Of a stretch of DNA of 64,000 nucleotides, positions 1 to 10,252 are shown one piece after another. The notes beneath the pieces are model-generated. The model ran no database searches. It saw only the letters and a program-made list of their open reading frames with translations, and was not told where the DNA came from. This DNA is from Selaginella moellendorffii (taxonomy: Eukaryota > Plantae > Lycopodiophyta). Each line of letters starts with the position of its first letter. Position 1 is the stretch's first letter. The translations under genes and the position numbers were made by a program. The DNA lies in contig NW_003314263.1 of NCBI RefSeq assembly GCF_000143415.4, positions 2,730,041 through 2,794,040 on the forward strand, in the 5' to 3' direction.

Positions 1-164
1 ATCAACTCTAGCATCTAACAGCACACTCTTTGATTGATAACTACATGCTATGGGGGAAAGAGGGAATGTAATGATGAAGAAATTGAAACACCACAAAAGC
101 TACAAAGAATCCTGGACCAAGGTCTGGGGTGATGTAAAAGGCTAGGATAAATTGAAGTAGGGTG

Positions 165-2510
165 CTACAGCACATGAATTTCTCTCTGGATGGCAGTCAA
201 CACTTCAGGCCCGACTACCTGGAGCTTGCCATTCACAAGCAGGCAGCCTTTGATGGACACCACTGCCTGCTCGTGACAACACTCCTTGCCATTGCCATTT
301 TTATCACTAGCATTGCCACCACCACCACCAGCATCATCACCAGGTACTTGCAAGCTCGTCCTCTCATTAATGACAAGAACTTCACTTCCTTTCTCCACAT
401 CCCAGGCCACAGTAAAAGTGCCGAGTGGATCTTCCTCCTCTTCCTCGTCACAGATCTTTTGTTTCTTTCTCGTGTCCTGATCCTTCATCACTGTAAGTGT
501 AGTGCAGGTGACCTTCTCTTCCACGTCCTCCCAGCTGCTGCTATCACTACAGAGCTCCTTCGAGCATTCTACCAGCCATGAAGGCCGCACTCCTCCAAAG
601 TAGCAAGAGGATGGAAGCATGCCTATAGCACAGGCTTGCCAGTTCCTCGCCAGTGTCCATCTCTGTCGTTGTGAGCCATTATGGAGACCGTCCTCTTCAC
701 CACTCTGCTGCTCGTCTTGTTCTCTCCTCGTTCGTTCGTCTCTAGTGGCTCCTCTTCGTTCTTCCTCAGCCCCGCTACATTTGATATTCCCAGTCGTAAG
801 AATTATCTCCTGCTGCGTCCTTTTCATCTCTGTCAGCCTTGACTCTAAACTGTTTAGCTCGGCCGGACTCTGGACCACACGAGCCTCGCCGTCGTCACCT
901 AAGTCTTGTCCATTTCCATTTGTAATCGTCGTTGCTGGAGTTTGGAATTGACACAGCTTTTGAGCAAGCTGCGACGTTTTCTCCGCGTAATATACGTCAC
1001 CGACGAGCTTGACGAGCCTCAGCTTGACTTTGTGTTGTAGCTCTTGTTTCAGGCACGTGGACAGGAGCTCCCTGGTGAGCTCTTGAGAGATTTGGCCATG
1101 GACTCCACCGTTCTCGAGGTAAATCTCCATTTCCGGCTTTACAGTGACCCTCTTCTCTTTGCGCTCGAGAAGCCACTCGAGCCAGTCCGTCAGCTTGTTG
1201 GCCTCGAGATCACTGGAGATCTTTGCGACTTTGGCACCGTCTTCGCTGATTGCCGAGTAGCCTGTGCCGTCTGCTATTGCCCCTAAGCCTGCTAGTCGCC
1301 TGGTAATCCCGAGAGCCAGCATTGGTAGGATTTGTGGCATTGCGAGAGAGAGCTTGTTTATCGCGAACTTCCAGGAGAGATCCTCGACTGACGCCAGCTT
1401 CCTTGTGTTTGATCCAGTAGTTTCCATTTGATCTTCGTTGTTTGCGTCGTCTTTTTCTAGAAGCGCGTCGTCGATTAGTATCGAGACGATCTCCTGCGGC
1501 ACTGCTAGTGACGCCTTGATGAGTTTTTGGAGTAGCAAATCTCTGTCGTGACGAACTGAAAATGTTTCTCTTAGGAAATAAAAAACGACAATAGAAACTG
1601 GAACATTTACCTCTTTTCAATTGCCTCTTGTCGTGGCCGCTTAGATCCTCGCATGGAACATAGCTTTTTTGCAGCATGGTCACGTACTCCATGAGGAGAG
1701 CTTTAAGATGGGCTCGAGCAGCATGCAAAGTTGTCCTTTGGCGTTGCCAGTAGAAAGCCTTTAGCCACTCTAATGCCTACAAAAAATAGAAAATGTTAAT
1801 CATAGGGGGAAAAAATTGACAAAGAAAAGCATACTAACTTGTTTGCTTGCCATACGTAGCAACGATATCGCAGGAAGTTCTCCGTGAGCAGAATCTAAAA
1901 TACAAGTGATGGATTTCAAACAAGAAAAAGAAAAGCGAGAGAAAAAAGAGCATAGAACATACCATGGCGAATGCTCACTAGCAAGTGAGGAAGCTCTGCC
2001 TGGCAAGCTCGTGTTGCCACAGAACCAAACCGGAAATTCTTCTTATCGTCTACTACGCCATTGATGAGCCTGGAAGAACACTCGTCAAAGAGAAACCTCC
2101 AAAAAATTCATACTCTACCTCATTATCGACATTGCGTACATCAATCGCAGCAGCTGTTCGGAGAGAACTAAATTCTCTGGAATGTTGTCCCTGAAAAAAG
2201 CTGTAACCCTGACTCGTTTTTTCTCACGAAACAAACCTCATCGAAGGATCTCTTAGGTGAATGCTGAGAAGATTGGCCGTGATTTCCACCGCAATCGGGA
2301 CACGCGCTCTTGCCTGCCATGCCGTAATCTGTGCAAATTCCAAGAATCTCGTCAAAGAAATGGACGAGAACAAGAGCGTACCCTGTCGATCGCGGCCGAT
2401 ATTCTCGATGAGCAATCCGAGAAGAGCGCAGATCTCACGCAATCCCATTCCTTCCAGCTGCCCCAGGCGACCAGGCGCACATTCTTCTTCTCTTTCGTCT
2501 TCTTCTTCAT
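165..2510 (-). CDS. LAS1: LAS1-like ribosome biogenesis (pre-rRNA processing) protein, multi-exon
   Basis: N-terminus MKKKTKEKKNVRLVAWGSWKEWDCVRSALF...ISAAIDR and next exon WQARARVPIAVEITA match the Las1 N-terminal pattern; short GT-AG introns; long last exon (165-1538) contains RWTLARNWQACAIGMLP; ATG at 2510. Confidence 0.85.
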
Positions 2511-2518
2511 CGCCCGAT

Positions 2519-2531
2519 AAACCCTAAACCC
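2519..2531. promoter_or_regulatory. Telo-box (AAACCCTA) just upstream of the LAS1 start codon
   Basis: aaaccctaaaccc lies 9 bp from the ATG. Telo-boxes are typical of plant ribosome-biogenesis and translation genes. Confidence 0.6.
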
Positions 2532-4089
2532 GGGGGTTCGAATCCCATTAAAGTAGATTCTAATATTTAAAGGATTGATCAGCTTTGACATGCGGATGCA
2601 TATATGGAGAGGGTTGGGATATAGAGAATTTAAGCGGGTGGTCAATATTTTCTCCAGGCAGGAAGTTCCTTTGCTAGAGGAAATTGATGATTTTAAAGCA
2701 GAACCCATGCTTCCTTAGAAGGATGTTTTGAATACAATTGCAATAGTGTTGCAATTAATGATTGAAGCAAATTTACAAATTTGCTACTTTAAGTGTGATT
2801 CTGACTTCAGAACGTCTTGTTATATTGCTATGACAACCTCTAGAATGACTATGAATATAATGTGTATATATAATTCTGTCCACTATTTAATAATTTTTAA
2901 TTATTGCTTTCAATTAATGTGTACTCAAGCTTAGTACAAGAGCAACATAGAGGTTAACCATCTCTTCTCAGATGATTATGGGTTGATTCTCCTTTTGAAG
3001 CCAAATCCCATTACTGATAGATTGTAAGTGTTTTTCACATCAAGGAGCATAAGAGCAAAACAACAGAGCAAGAAGGAATAAGGAGCAACGGGGAAAGAAA
3101 GAGAACGTGGACAAAGGTTCTCAATCCAACAATTAGTCAAGATCAAGTGAAGATATGGACCAAAGAGAAGCCAAGAGCTTCTCCTTGCTTTACCACCAAA
3201 TGCTCCGTGAGTTATTGAATGTCACAAACAGCAATGCCATCTCTTTCAGCCACAGAGAAGACCACCTTCTTGTGCCATCACACAAGGATTCAAAGAAGAG
3301 ATTAAAAAAAAAAAAAAGCGATAGAACTTGATTACGGATATATATATATATACAGATACTATAAATAGTTTCTACTTCCTGAGACTTTCTATTTTGCCAG
3401 AACTGAAACTTAAAATACACAAAAGGAATGGCAAATCAAAAAGCTGGAATAAAAAAGGTGCTCGTTTGCCATACCTGTCTTTTTCTGCTTGTTTAATCTG
3501 CAGGCTACCTGGACGATTAGAGGCAGCAATGGAAAGTTGATGAGGAGGAGCTCCTTGATCACAGCTGAGAGTGGTGTGAGGCAAGATTGACACAAATTAA
3601 TCCATAGATGCATTAGCAGGGGATGTTTGACCTGAGCTGACTAGAAGGGTCAGTGCCACCCGTGAGCACCTTGACCATAGTTACGGGAGCTTGGAACTAG
3701 ACTACATGATAAACAATATCTTCAATCCAAGCTCCACAACAGTCTTCAACCAATCCAAGCTCGACAGCAGTGCATTCATGCATCATACATAATATCTCTA
3801 GTATTATTGCGCTTAATTAAGAAACAAAACTGGCAAGAACTTACCTGTGAGCGTTCCTGTTTTACTACATGCCTCTCTGGTTTTTGTGCATTCTTTTTCA
3901 AAGCCCAGTCATAATAGAAGCAGCCTAAATCATCTCTAAAGAAACATCTGTTCTAACTTTAGAAATTTAAATAGTTTTGAGCAAAAAATCACAGCCGAAA
4001 CATTTTGAGATAAAGAAACTATCCAACTGGGATCAATACCAAAACAACTTTCCTGGAAGTTGGTTTTTTAAGCCTTTTGAATGTTGCAA

Positions 4090-4940
4090 TCGGCACAAGA
4101 CACCGCTCCCCGCCACTCGGCTTCCACCGCCGCCTTTGCTCTAAAACCATCACCAGCCAAGTCCCTGTGCAGCTTTTAGATCTCCACAAACGCTTGCAGG
4201 AGATCTAAAAGCTGAGGAATCCTGTGCTGAGAAACAACAACGACTGACGCGTCGCCTGAGTGGTCTGGGATGAGGCCTGGCATGAATGTCACCATAGCTG
4301 ACAAGTCCTGGCAGACGACGTTGCGTGCATACACGGAAAAGGAATCAACTGTATTGCAGAACCATCGATCCAGCAGGTCAGGGCAGCACAGTGAGATTCA
4401 AACTGAATTCAATAAGACTAGCACGTACCTGGAAGTTCTGCTCCAAGACTTCCCGCTGCTCCGTAGCCATGTACGAAGGTGCCCGTGGAGTAAGCCATGA
4501 GTCTGCCATAACAACAGAAGCTGCTTGACACAAGCTTTCAAGAGCGAGACATGAAACAAACCTGAAAACTACCAACGGAAGGCTCAAGACGAAATCTAAA
4601 CACTTTAGCATGGCAAAGACCTGCATGGCGCACTTCAGTCGGCACTAGAATACAATACCACACAGTAGCTAACCTGTGTAAAGAACTCTGGGCTGTCGTC
4701 ATCAATCAGAACGACAGCAAGAACGCAACCATATCTGATCTTTGCATGGAACTTGCAAATATCCTCAAGACTCATAACAAAGACATGAAAATCCACTCGT
4801 GGTCTGGGAGACTCCCTAGCAGCATAGGACCTCCTGCGTGTACCTCACGTTTGAGTTCACGACCGCCAGCCTCGGCCTCACCAAAGGCAGCAGCAGCTCG
4901 AGAAGACGAACAGATTTCACAGGAAGAGGAGCATCCTTGA
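4090..4940 (-). pseudogene. Unidentified spliced gene remnant with weak resemblance to VAC14 HEAT repeats
   Basis: Exon-like pieces bounded by AG/GT (LLLPLVRPRLAVVNSNVR; YGCVLAVVLIDDDSPEFFT; EQREVLEQNFQ), with stops and frame changes. The family assignment is only a by-eye resemblance. Confidence 0.25.
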
Positions 4941-5059
4941 ATTCTGTAAGACAAGCATAAGACGGAACGAAGGAGACAAGGGACGACGCACTCCATTCGC
5001 AACGTTAATTCAAGTTTGCCCTAGACGAATATACGAGATATTAAAGGTCTTGCAAAAGA

Positions 5060-6005
5060 ATATACTACGCGCTTCTCGAAGAACGTAGATGTCGAGGATC
5101 TCTCCTGAAGTTCGCGATAAATAAGCTCTCTCTCGCAATACTGCCTCTCGGGACAATCAAGGCAATAGGAGCCCGCACAGGGAGCTCGCCTGAAACACGA
5201 GCTACATCAGTAAGTCAAGCTGAGGCTCTCGTCAAGCTCGTCGGTGACGTAAACTACGCGGAGAAAACGTCGCAGATTGGTGTCAAATCCAAGCTCCAGT
5301 GACGACGATTCCAAATGGGAATGGACAAGACTGCCAAGCTCGAGTGTGGTCCAGAGTCCGGCCTAGCTAAACAGTTTCGAGTGTCAAGGCTGACAGAGAT
5401 GAAAAGGACGCAGCAGGAGATAAATTCTCACGACTGGGAATAGCGAACGCAGCGGGGAAAAGAAAACGCCACTAGAGACGGAAGAGGGACGACAGGACAA
5501 GACGAGCAGCAGGGTGGCGGAAGAGGATGGTCTCCATAATGGCTCACAACGACGGAGATGGACACTGGCAACTTTGGAGCGAGGCTATGGCTGGCAGAAT
5601 GCACGAGGGAGCTCTGGAGCGGTGGCAGCGGCCTGGGAGGACGAGGACGAGAAGGCGAACACTATCACACCTAAAGCGATGAAGCATCAGGACACGAGAA
5701 AGAAACGAAAGACCTGTGAGGAGGAGGAAGATCCACTCGACGCTTTTACTGCGGTCCGGGAGGAAGTGGAGCTGGCGTCCCTGTGTACTGCTGAAAACGG
5801 CCGCATTAATCAGGAGAGGGCGAGCTCGCAAGTACCTACGTGGTGGTGGCAACTCTCCTGGCGGTGGTAAAAGCAGCGACGAGGAGTGTCGTCACGAGAA
5901 GGCTGTGGCGTCTTTCAGAGCCTGCTTTGTGAATGGCGAGCTCCAGACAGTCGGGCCTGAGCTGTTTGACTGCCATCCAGAGAGAAATCCGTGTGCTGAA
6001 GCGCG
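5060..6005 (+). pseudogene. Inverted, degenerate duplicate of the LAS1 last exon
   Basis: 5215-5275 (gtcaagctgaggctctcgtcaagctcgtcggtgacgt...gagaaaacgtcgcag) is the reverse complement of about 968-1030. EEDGLHNGSQRRRWTLA and EEEEDPL recur, with many indels. Confidence 0.9.
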
Positions 6006-6245
6006 ATGGCTCTCCCGTTTCGTCGTTATATAAGTGAGAGTCCCACCTGTGTATCTGTATACCACCTGTGCCTATTTGCAACCCCGACCAGAGTTTCCAT
6101 CTGTGGACGAGGACGAGAGCTTGCCTGTCCCCCACTAGCTACGTACCTCACGCTTCGTCTACACGAAACGAATGGAGAAAGCGAAAGCGAAATCCTCACA
6201 AACCACACCAGCTACGTGAACGACTTTGCGCGGGCGTCCTCCCGG

Positions 6246-8060
6246 TCAGCCGGAGCGTGACGCCGCGATAAGCTCGTCGCAGTCGATCCCCGTCGAGTCG
6301 ACCAAAGGGATCTCGTCGTTTTGATCCGAGAAGTGGTATTTCTGGCCTACCGCTCGCAGCAGCTGGTAGACTTCGTAGGAAGAAGGTCGCTCCTTTGGAT
6401 TCGCGGCAACGCACGAGATGGCTATCTTCAGAAACTGCATCTGCTCGGCGTCCACCTCGGCCCCTTTCAGCGAGCTCTGAATCACGCTCCCAAGTGTGCC
6501 GTTCTGGGACTGCATTCCCACCCAGTCGACGAGATTCCCCCGGAAACCATCCTCAGACACCACCTCCACAGGCTTTTGGCCGGTTGTCAGCTGGAGCAAC
6601 ACCACGCCGAAGCTGTATACGTCTCCTCTCGTGGTCGCCACCAAGGTCCTCAAATACTCGGGCGCTACGTGCCCGACGTCTCCGAAGTCTCCATTGACAA
6701 ACGTGCTGATGTGGGTGTCAACCGGGTTCATGAGGCGGGCGAGGCCAAAGTCCGTGATCCTGGCCTCAAAGTCCTCGTCGAGCAAAATGCTGCTAGCACT
6801 GATGTTCCGGTGGATGATCCTCGGGTTGCAGCTATGGTGGAGCCACGCCAACCCCCTGGCCGCTCCGACAGCCACCCGAAGCCTCTTGGGCCAGTCGAGC
6901 GTAAACTCCCCCGTCCCATGCAGCCAGTCTTTCAAGCTCCCATTCGGCATGTACTTGTAAACCAGCAGCTTCTCGGCGTCGGCGACGCAGTAGCCGAGCA
7001 AAGGCACCAAGTTGCGGTGCTTGAGCTTGCCGAGAATCTCCATCTCCGACTTGAACTGCTTATCCGCATGAGCCGAGAGCTTGAGCCTCTTGATCGCGAG
7101 CACGGACCCGTCCTGAAGCGTGGCCTTGTAGATCACACCTGTGCGGCCGGAGCCGATGACGTTCTCCGGCGAGAAGTCGTTGGTCGCGGCCATGAGGTCC
7201 GTCAGCTTCAACTTGGTAAGAGGCTTCTCGAACAGTGACACGGTCACCGACTGTGGAGCTCGGATCCTCTTGGCCCACTTGTGCTCGTCTCTTGCTCCTC
7301 CACCTTTGATGGGCCGGACTCTCACCGGGAAGAAGCAAATGAGAGCCACCGCCGCCCCCACGAGAGCTAAAACTCCGCCAGCCGCGATGCCCGCTATCAG
7401 TGCCGCGCTCGTCTTCTTCTTCCTAGAGCACTGGTTACGTAGAGGCTGACCGCACAGCCCTGGATTGCTGGCAAAGGCGCTAGACGGGAAGTTCCGGCCA
7501 AGGAAAGATGACGGAATTGGCCCCGAGAACTGGTTGTTGGAGACGTCAAACTTGGTGAGCCGCGGAAGAACTCCAACCTGTCCGGGAATGGGTCCCGAGA
7601 ATCTGTTATGGCTCAAGTCGAGATTGTTGAGATAGGTGCAATTGTTGAAGGAGGTATCGATGGATCCCGAGAAGGAATTTTCGTGAACGTCGAAACCCAC
7701 CAGGTATGGAAGAATGTTGCAAACGTTGGCTGGAATGCTGCCGCTGAGCTCGTTCTGTGAGAGATCGAGGGTCGTGAGGCTGGAGCACTTGTCCAGGCCT
7801 CGAGGAAATTCCCCCGTGAACCCGGATCCTGGAAGAGAGATGCCATACACTCTGGAATCGTTCGGGTGGAGGCAAGTGATCCCGGCGAAGTTGCAGATGT
7901 TAGACGTCGGCGGGAAGACCCACGAGTCGAGGAAGCGCATGGGATCCCTGAACGAGCTCTTGAACTCCCTGAGGCACTCGACGTCGCTCTGGCAAGAAAT
8001 TACCTCGAGAAGCAGCGCGATGACGAGAATGCTCGATAATCCGGCCCTGGCCGCCTCCAT
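6246..8060 (-). CDS. BIR1-like: BIR-type (LRR-Xa) LRR receptor-like kinase, probably catalytically inactive; intronless
   Basis: Signal peptide, DVECLREFK..DP cap, few LRRs, NPGLCG cap, TM, VSLFEKPLTKLKLTDLMAATNDFS juxtamembrane. Kinase has HRNISASS instead of HRDxKxxN and keeps DFGLARLMNPVDTHISTFVNG. First ATG (MEAARAG) at 8060. Confidence 0.9.
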   Translation of the reverse strand: MEAARAGLSSILVIALLLEVISCQSDVECLREFKSSFRDPMRFLDSWVFPPTSNICNFAGITCLHPNDSRVYGISLPGSGFTGEFPRGLDKCSSLTTLDLSQNELSGSIPANVCNILPYLVGFDVHENSFSGSIDTSFNNCTYLNNLDLSHNRFSGPIPGQVGVLPRLTKFDVSNNQFSGPIPSSFLGRNFPSSAFASNPGLCGQPLRNQCSRKKKTSAALIAGIAAGGVLALVGAAVALICFFPVRVRPIKGGGARDEHKWAKRIRAPQSVTVSLFEKPLTKLKLTDLMAATNDFSPENVIGSGRTGVIYKATLQDGSVLAIKRLKLSAHADKQFKSEMEILGKLKHRNLVPLLGYCVADAEKLLVYKYMPNGSLKDWLHGTGEFTLDWPKRLRVAVGAARGLAWLHHSCNPRIIHRNISASSILLDEDFEARITDFGLARLMNPVDTHISTFVNGDFGDVGHVAPEYLRTLVATTRGDVYSFGVVLLQLTTGQKPVEVVSEDGFRGNLVDWVGMQSQNGTLGSVIQSSLKGAEVDAEQMQFLKIAISCVAANPKERPSSYEVYQLLRAVGQKYHFSDQNDEIPLVDSTGIDCDELIAASRSG

Positions 8061-8424
8061 CGCCGCGAGATTCCAGGAGCTCGACCGATATTTCGAGGCG
8101 CTCGACACACCTTGATTTCTAGCGGGACCGCAGCAGCTCGCAATCCTATCCCGCTCGCCTCTCCCTAAAGCCCTAGCCCTGCCGCCTTCTCTCCCTTTGC
8201 ATTATCCTAGCGTGTGCTCTGGGGCCGCCATAGCCAATTCCATGAAAAATGCGCACGGACGGCCTAGATTGCGTTCTTCGGTCAAGGCTAGGAATCCACG
8301 GCAGGTGTTGCGCAATTTTCAACGGCGTGGATCTCACGTAGCAAAGTCTTTGGAAAACTCTGTCTGGTCAAAAAGGCGGGAGCGCCGTGATCGTTCCGCC
8401 ATGATCCTCCCTGGTGGTGTTGTG

Positions 8425-8440
8425 TTGACTTTTCTTGACT
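8425..8440. promoter_or_regulatory. Tandem W-boxes (TTGACT x2) upstream of the BIR-like gene
   Basis: ttgacttttcttgact about 370 bp upstream of the ATG; the same cassette recurs at 14693-14708 and inverted at 21711-21726. Confidence 0.5.
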
Positions 8441-8549
8441 GTGAGACTGGGGACTTTAAATATGGATCGTTGATTGGAGTTCAAATTTTTAAACAAAGAC
8501 TATTTTCAAACAAAGAGAGACATTTTCATAATCAGGTTCTTCTTGACTA

Positions 8550-9299
8550 TCATATGGCCAGAATCAAGCTCAAGACGATCAAGAAGCTAGACAAACTGGA
8601 GAATATGAGAATTGGAGAGGACCCTCGGATAGCCTCCAGCACCTCGGATTGCCAGCTCCTGCGTGGGCATTCGTTACGTAGAGGCTGACCGCACAGTACT
8701 GGATTGCTGGCGAAGACGCTAGAGTCAAACGTGGTTAAAGATGATGGAATTGGCCCCGAGAACTGGTTGTTGGAGACGTCAAACTTGGTTAGCCGCGGAA
8801 GAACTCCAATCTGTCCGGGAATGGGTCCCGAGAATCTGTTCTCGCTCAGGTCGAGATTGTTGAGATAGGTGCAATTGTTGAAGGAGGTATCGATGGATCC
8901 CGAGAAGGAATTCTCGTGGATGTCGAAGGCCACCAGGTATGGAAGAATGCTGCAAACGTTGGGTGGAATGCTGCCGCTGAGCTCGTTCTGTGAGAGATCG
9001 AGGTACGTGAGGCTGGAGCACTTGTCCAGGCCTCGAGGAAATTCCCCCGTGAACCCGGATGCTGGCAGAGAGATGCTATACACACTGGAATCGTTCGGGT
9101 GGAGGCAAGTGATCCCGGCGAAGTTGCAGATGTTAGATGTCGGCGGGAAGACCCACGAGTCGAGGAAGCGCATGGGATCCCCGAACGAGCTCTTGAACTC
9201 CCTGAGGCACTCGACGTCGCTCCAGCAGGAAATTCTCTGGAGAAAAAGAGTTGTCAATACGAGAAGAACTCTTACAAATCCAAGCTCCATTGCTCGCAT
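8550..9299 (-). CDS. Kinase-less BIR-type LRR ectodomain protein with C-terminal hydrophobic tail (RLP / possible GPI anchor)
   Basis: Intact 249-aa ORF. The LRR core is nearly identical to the BIR gene ectodomain, then diverges after CGQPLRNEC into ...GSSPILIFSSLSSFLIVLSLILAI-stop. Confidence 0.85.
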   Translation of the reverse strand: MRAMELGFVRVLLVLTTLFLQRISCWSDVECLREFKSSFGDPMRFLDSWVFPPTSNICNFAGITCLHPNDSSVYSISLPASGFTGEFPRGLDKCSSLTYLDLSQNELSGSIPPNVCSILPYLVAFDIHENSFSGSIDTSFNNCTYLNNLDLSENRFSGPIPGQIGVLPRLTKFDVSNNQFSGPIPSSLTTFDSSVFASNPVLCGQPLRNECPRRSWQSEVLEAIRGSSPILIFSSLSSFLIVLSLILAI

Positions 9300-10252
9300 A
9301 GGGGAATTTCAAATTTCGAGATTTTAAAAACCGTAGCAGTACACCTCTTAATAACATATTTCAAGGAGATCATTTGTTCTCCATTCTGCCTGCTGTTTTT
9401 ACTACTGGAGCTCTACAATTGAGTTTAATATTTATGCTGTGTATGTTCGGGTTGAATTCCACATTCAGAGTGAAGAGCGTTGATAGCACGCTAAGGATGA
9501 TTGTTTTAAAGCCCAACTAAAGCCTCCTCCTCCTCGACAGCTCCTCATTCCCTAGTGCCCTTAATCCTTGCTGCTCCAGTCTTTAAACAAAGTCAATCAT
9601 ATAATTTATTCTTATAAGCTGCTAGATCTGGAAGACATTCTTGTTAGCTTTTATTACAATATATTTTCATTCATTCATTCATACTATTTACAAGGTCTTG
9701 CAGCATGAGACCGGCAGATCAAATATGCCATAGTGACAATTGGTCATACCTGTTTGTCGTCTTCATCATGTTGTCATTCATTAAGGCTTTAGATGTTATT
9801 TTACTATATTCTAGTGATATCAATGCAAGGACTGAAGCCAGGTATTTTGCTAGTGAAGGAAGATCCTTCACTGACGTGGAGTCTAAGCTTGATTTATTGG
9901 ACAATTATGAGTTTGATTTTTAGAAGATATTTATATAATTTGTGAAATTGAATGAAATATTTTTATTAATAAATGACGCAATAAATATTTCCTAGATAAA
10001 AATTATAATATTATTTTATAAATTTAACTGTTTACAAAAGAAAAATTTATATATAAATTAATATTTTCAAATAATAATATTTATAACAAATTAATTTTTA
10101 AATCATAATAAAAATATTACATTATATTAAGATATTTAGATAATAAGTAAAGCAACAATAATATTTTATCTAAAGATTAAGACTCCTTTTGTTATTGTCT
10201 TTATCTATAGTGTCTACAGCTGATTCTCACTCTCTACTCAGGTAGTGTGGAG

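Noticed and set aside
6321-7238. 305-aa plus-strand ORF, and similar long ORFs opposite or overlapping real genes
   Set aside because: Antisense shadow of a GC-rich kinase CDS; no recognisable motifs.
8061-8108. GTG/TTG-initiated N-terminal extensions in the ORF track
   Set aside because: The sequence is eukaryotic; the downstream ATGs give proper signal or transit peptides.
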